DNA of 64,000 nt from the human T2T-CHM13v2.0 reference genome, Homo sapiens, in assembly GCF_009914755.1 (NCBI RefSeq), contig NC_060926.1, one strand, 5' to 3'. A model generated the notes under the pieces. The model had not been told where the DNA came from. It searched no databases and worked only from the letters and a program-made list of their open reading frames with translations. The position numbers were made by a program, and so were the translations under genes. This document shows, in pieces, positions 59,761 through 64,000 of the stretch (positions within the stretch are counted from its first letter, which is position 1; each line of letters starts with the position of its first letter).

Positions 59761-62700
59761 ATAAAACACTCATTGTTGCAGGCTACATTAATAATTATTG
59801 GCCCATAGAATGAAACATGCTAGCTGCTGACAGTACTAGTCACTGGAAAACTTAGGAGGTGCAGATACTTGAAAATAGGTCTATAAACATATCGCAAGTT
59901 TTATGTATAGAAAGTGAAAGGATTTGTGGTAGCATAACAGGAGACCATTCCATTTATTTCTCAGCAATGATAACTAAAAATTGGGTTGCAATTGATAAGG
60001 AGCATAGAATGATAGAGACATTTGTATGAAATATTCCATGTTAATGGAAAGTTGAGGAGGGGCATTTGCTTGAGTATTGTACCTGCACCTCCTAGTCTTT
60101 GAGACTGACTTACAGTTACTCTTTGCCATAGGGGACCTCAGAGTCATTTAATTCAGACCCAAGATCAATTCATAGAAGATAATTTGTTTTGACCTCTGGC
60201 CACTATTTCAAAGATGTTTTGTTCAGTTCCCTAGGGAAAAGAAATCTACCTTTAGATTTTCATTTCCCAGAATCATAAAACGTCTTCAAAAAATAAATGA
60301 ATAAAAGAAAAGAAAGAATCACATTCTCAAAGACCTGAGATTAACTTTATGTATAAATAACGAGATAAACCTCTGTATGATTTTAAGTAGATCACCATCT
60401 TCTCAATTATCTCTGACGTTATATTTTAGAAACAAAGAAAAGCTGGATCTAGGGAAGGAAAGACACAAAATACTTTGATTCTACTATAACCAGACGAATA
60501 TATTTTGCAGGATCTTAGCACACAAACATAAAAGTGAAGTCGAAGCCTTAGCCACTTAGCCTCAAGACCACACATAGTAGTGAGTCCTAAGGCACTAGCA
60601 CATAACACAGTGTCCCTGGTAAACATACTCGCAAGCCTCTAGGCTAGAGCAAAGAGTCTCAGATTCTCTTTAGTTATAACATTTGCTGATTTCAGAATTT
60701 TTGATTTGAAAAGAATCTTAGAAGCCATCCAAATCCACTTTAAGACATGCATTTTAAATAGAAAGATTGGGATTGGCAATAGCTTTTGACCTAAGTGATC
60801 ATCATATTCATTGGAAGTTTTTAAATAAAAATATTACATAAACAACACCCTAGAAAAGTTTTGATCCAGTCCACATAATTTGAGGAACCAGAACGTGAAT
60901 GTTTAAAAATATACCAAGGGAGTGTAAAAACCAGCAAGATGTAGGAACAATAAGTAAATAGATAAATGAATAAATAGACAAATGTGAAAAAAACCTCCCC
61001 CTTGTCAGCACTAAAATATAAAAAAGTATAAATGACTATCTGCTTGACTCTTCAGAAGACAGTTTTGAAGGACAGAAACTTTTTGAGAAATTCTTCGAGA
61101 AAGCAACTGGGTAGATGTAAAAAATTGAATATTTGCTGGCAGAAAAAGAAAGGAAAGGAGAATATGAAATGCACAGAAAAAAAACAAACCGAACACACCT
61201 TCCCATTTTTTAAGTTTAGTTGTTACCAGGGCTTACTGTGGTCAAACCTACAAGCCTCCAGTGATCATTTTTATAAATTATGAGATTTGGTGCCAGAATA
61301 TACAGAGGATGATGTTGACTACACTATTTATGTGTTTACTTACTTATTTATACTTAAACAAATAGAGAAATAGTCATCTGAGTTTTAGCTCTAAGATGGG
61401 AACAAAAATAAACCCACGAGAAAGTAATTTGTAAAATGTTAAATAGGCAGTGGATATTTTAAAATAATTCATAAAACAGATTGAAATAATATGCTTAGGT
61501 TAAGCAACACTACATTTAATCTAATTTAATTTTCATTGTTATACAGTGAGCTTCCCATATGGGAAAGTGCATCTTAGAGTTGTCCAGTCAAAAAACTAAT
61601 AAATAGTAGAGTTAGAATTTGAACCTAGGTCTCTGTGTTTTTCAAGTTCAGGCTTTTAACCTGTTGTACTTCACAATTTAGTAATGTTTCCAAAAGTATA
61701 AAAGAAATAGAATTTTCCTACAACTTGGTATAATTTGCATACACTATAGTATGTCAAATAACAGAATGTTACAAGCCTAAAAACCACTCAAGAGTCTTCA
61801 CATCACACATTTATGTCACTAAAGTACGAACTCTCTGTCTACACAAACATCAGACACTGGAAAAGGGGAAAATGTATGTCCCTTTATATTTTCATGTTCA
61901 GTACCTTGGTTTTATATTGTTTGATGTGACAATAGTGACTGAAACTACATTCCGGGTATAGGTTTCCAAGTTTTTTTTAAAACTGACAACTGATCATAGT
62001 TTTCTTTAAGAGTATTTTTATTTATGTCCCCTAAATAAATTGCCTTTGTCGCACATTAGCCTCTAATAGGTGGCATTATTTATAATCCTTATATTCTATA
62101 TGAGATCATGCCCATCAAAATCCCTTTCCTTCCTTTCCCTGTCATTGGGCCCTTCTTTCAGCTATCCTTGATTTCCTAAGACATCATGAATGTTACCTGC
62201 ATACAGTACCACAGTGTCCTGTTAACTAATGATCACATTGTATTATATGAGCCTTCAGGATCTTTCTCTCACTCTTCTACAAGGTGTATGGTTAATAGAT
62301 AGACATACATTTCTGGATCTTTTGAGTTCTGAATTTTTTTGTTTAAGTTTACATTAACTTTCTTTTTCAAGACTAAAAAAAGTCTATATTGGCACATAAT
62401 TTAAGCTCCAAATATTAAAAAGTTTCTTCCACAATTACTTGTAGCTGCTCTCCTGCGTTTGGGCCTGAGCACATACATTTTATGAAAGAGTCTAGAGGAG
62501 ATCATTTCAAAAGTTCTACATATAGGAAAAATAATGCTTCATTGATATTTCTGGAAAAAATATTCCTCCCACCTTTTTCTAATGGAATGAAATTTTGGAA
62601 AAGTAAACCAATCGTTTATCATGTATTCCCTTATTTAGTAAGCCATTCAAAAATGCTTATTGAGACAATATATAAGTTTAATTTGAGAATCCATGAATTC

Positions 62701-62908
62701 CCACATTGCATGAAACAGATATTACTTAAATAAGCACACAAAAATGTAAATTGCAGTGTTCTACAGGAGTAAGTATTCTGCAGGCGTAGTACAGAGTGAA
62801 ACAGAATATATAATAGGGAATTTTAAATACTCCAGAATTCTTCCCCAGTTTTCCCTGTTCACAGAATACGAGATGTGTGAGCAGATTCTTTGAAAAGAGA
62901 TTTGGAAC

Positions 62909-63118
62909 TTCCTTCCTTCCTTCCTTCCTTCCTTCCTTCCTTCCTTCCTTCCTTCCTTCCTTGCTTCCTTCCCTCCTTTCCTCCTTCCTTCCTTCCCTCC
63001 TTCCTTCCTTCCCTCCCTCCTTCCCTTCCTTCCCTCTCTCCCTCCCTCCCTTCCTTCCCTCTCTCCCTCCCTCCCTTCCTTCCTTCCCTCCCTCCTTCCT
63101 TCCTTTCTCTCTTTTCTT
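62909..63118. repeat. (TTCC)n/(TCCC)n polypyrimidine microsatellite
   Basis: About 200 bp of near-pure pyrimidines on the + strand. Confidence 0.97.
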
Positions 63119-63229
63119 TATTGCAGGAAAAGCCATATCTAGCACACTTTTTATCAATATTTGTTATTTCAAAACCAACATTCAAAAGTAAAATTTACAT
63201 GGATACATACATTTATTATTAAACAAGAA

Positions 63230-64000
63230 ACAAATGAAAGAAATGCACTAATATCAGGAAAAATATTTAAAAAAATTCAAGTCCTAGAGAATTTGGAGCA
63301 GAGTAGTATGAAAACCAAGACAGAATCATGGGAAATTTAAAAAAGAAAGCAATGAAGTTGAGAAATGAATCCAACATTTCTGCTTTCAACAAGGTGAAGG
63401 AGACCAGAGTTTTCTAAAATCCAATTATCAAAAAACATCTACTTTTGAAAATCACAAGAAAGTATGAGTAATTTCTGAGGCTCCAGAAATCTACAAATGA
63501 GCTGAAGTAAGAGTGGCAACTGAAATAATAAAACTAGACTACCCTGGAGCACCTGCCATTAGCAGGAACCTTGAGCACCAGGTTTTATAGAGCCTACAAG
63601 GAAAGCAAACTAAAAGCCCTCAAGCCCTGCACAGTGTGGGAGGTGGAATTGGTCTCCACTTCATAAAGCTGGGACTTCGAAGACATGTTAAGTAAACGAT
63701 GAGCCAAAAAGCATACACATGCTAATAAATCATGTAAACAAAGAGAATGTCTGTCTCCATGGTGACACTGTTTGGAAGAAAACACATACATGTCTTCAGA
63801 AATTGTAACTATATTTTGACTCATTTGAGTTTGTGGTTTGGATTTACATCAACTGCACAGTTGAGCACTGTTAGATTTAGTAACACCCTCAAATTCCTAG
63901 AGGAATAAATCCAAACATGTTTCAGAGGAAAATACTCACAACCCATTAGCTCCAGGATTTCTGTGATTAAGATCAGACAAATCAAGAATCATAAAGTGTA
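63230..64000 (+). mobile_element. Probable ancient L1M 5' region, running off the window end
   Basis: aaaaaacatctac...gtatgagtaatttc...ccagaaat and acagtgtgggaggtgg...ctccacttcataaagctgggac motifs. Confidence 0.45.

Noticed and set aside
62726-63222. Four overlapping ORFs of 104-143 aa
   Set aside because: They are translations of a stop-free microsatellite.

Overview
AT-rich, CpG-depleted, repeat-dense primate (human-like) genomic DNA, either intergenic or deep intronic. I found no protein-coding gene, RNA gene or CpG island; the ORFs I could recognise come from L1, Alu or microsatellites, and the rest look like chance ORFs. The window holds layers of LINE-1 (old L1M to young L1PA3/PA4), nine Alus, L2/MIR remnants, Tigger/MER DNA transposons, ERVL/MaLR LTR pieces and STRs. 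I see no new gene system. The most unusual signal is a series of template-switch or templated-insertion scars: a 33-bp inverted copy placed 1.15 kb from its source, hairpin-perfecting rewrites inside an Alu and L1s, a dup-inv-dup motif, and two back-to-back 5'-inverted L1s joined through a 23-bp inverted repeat. There is also one good CTCF-like motif in unique DNA. Subfamily names are recalled from consensus sequences, and boundaries of old repeats are approximate.
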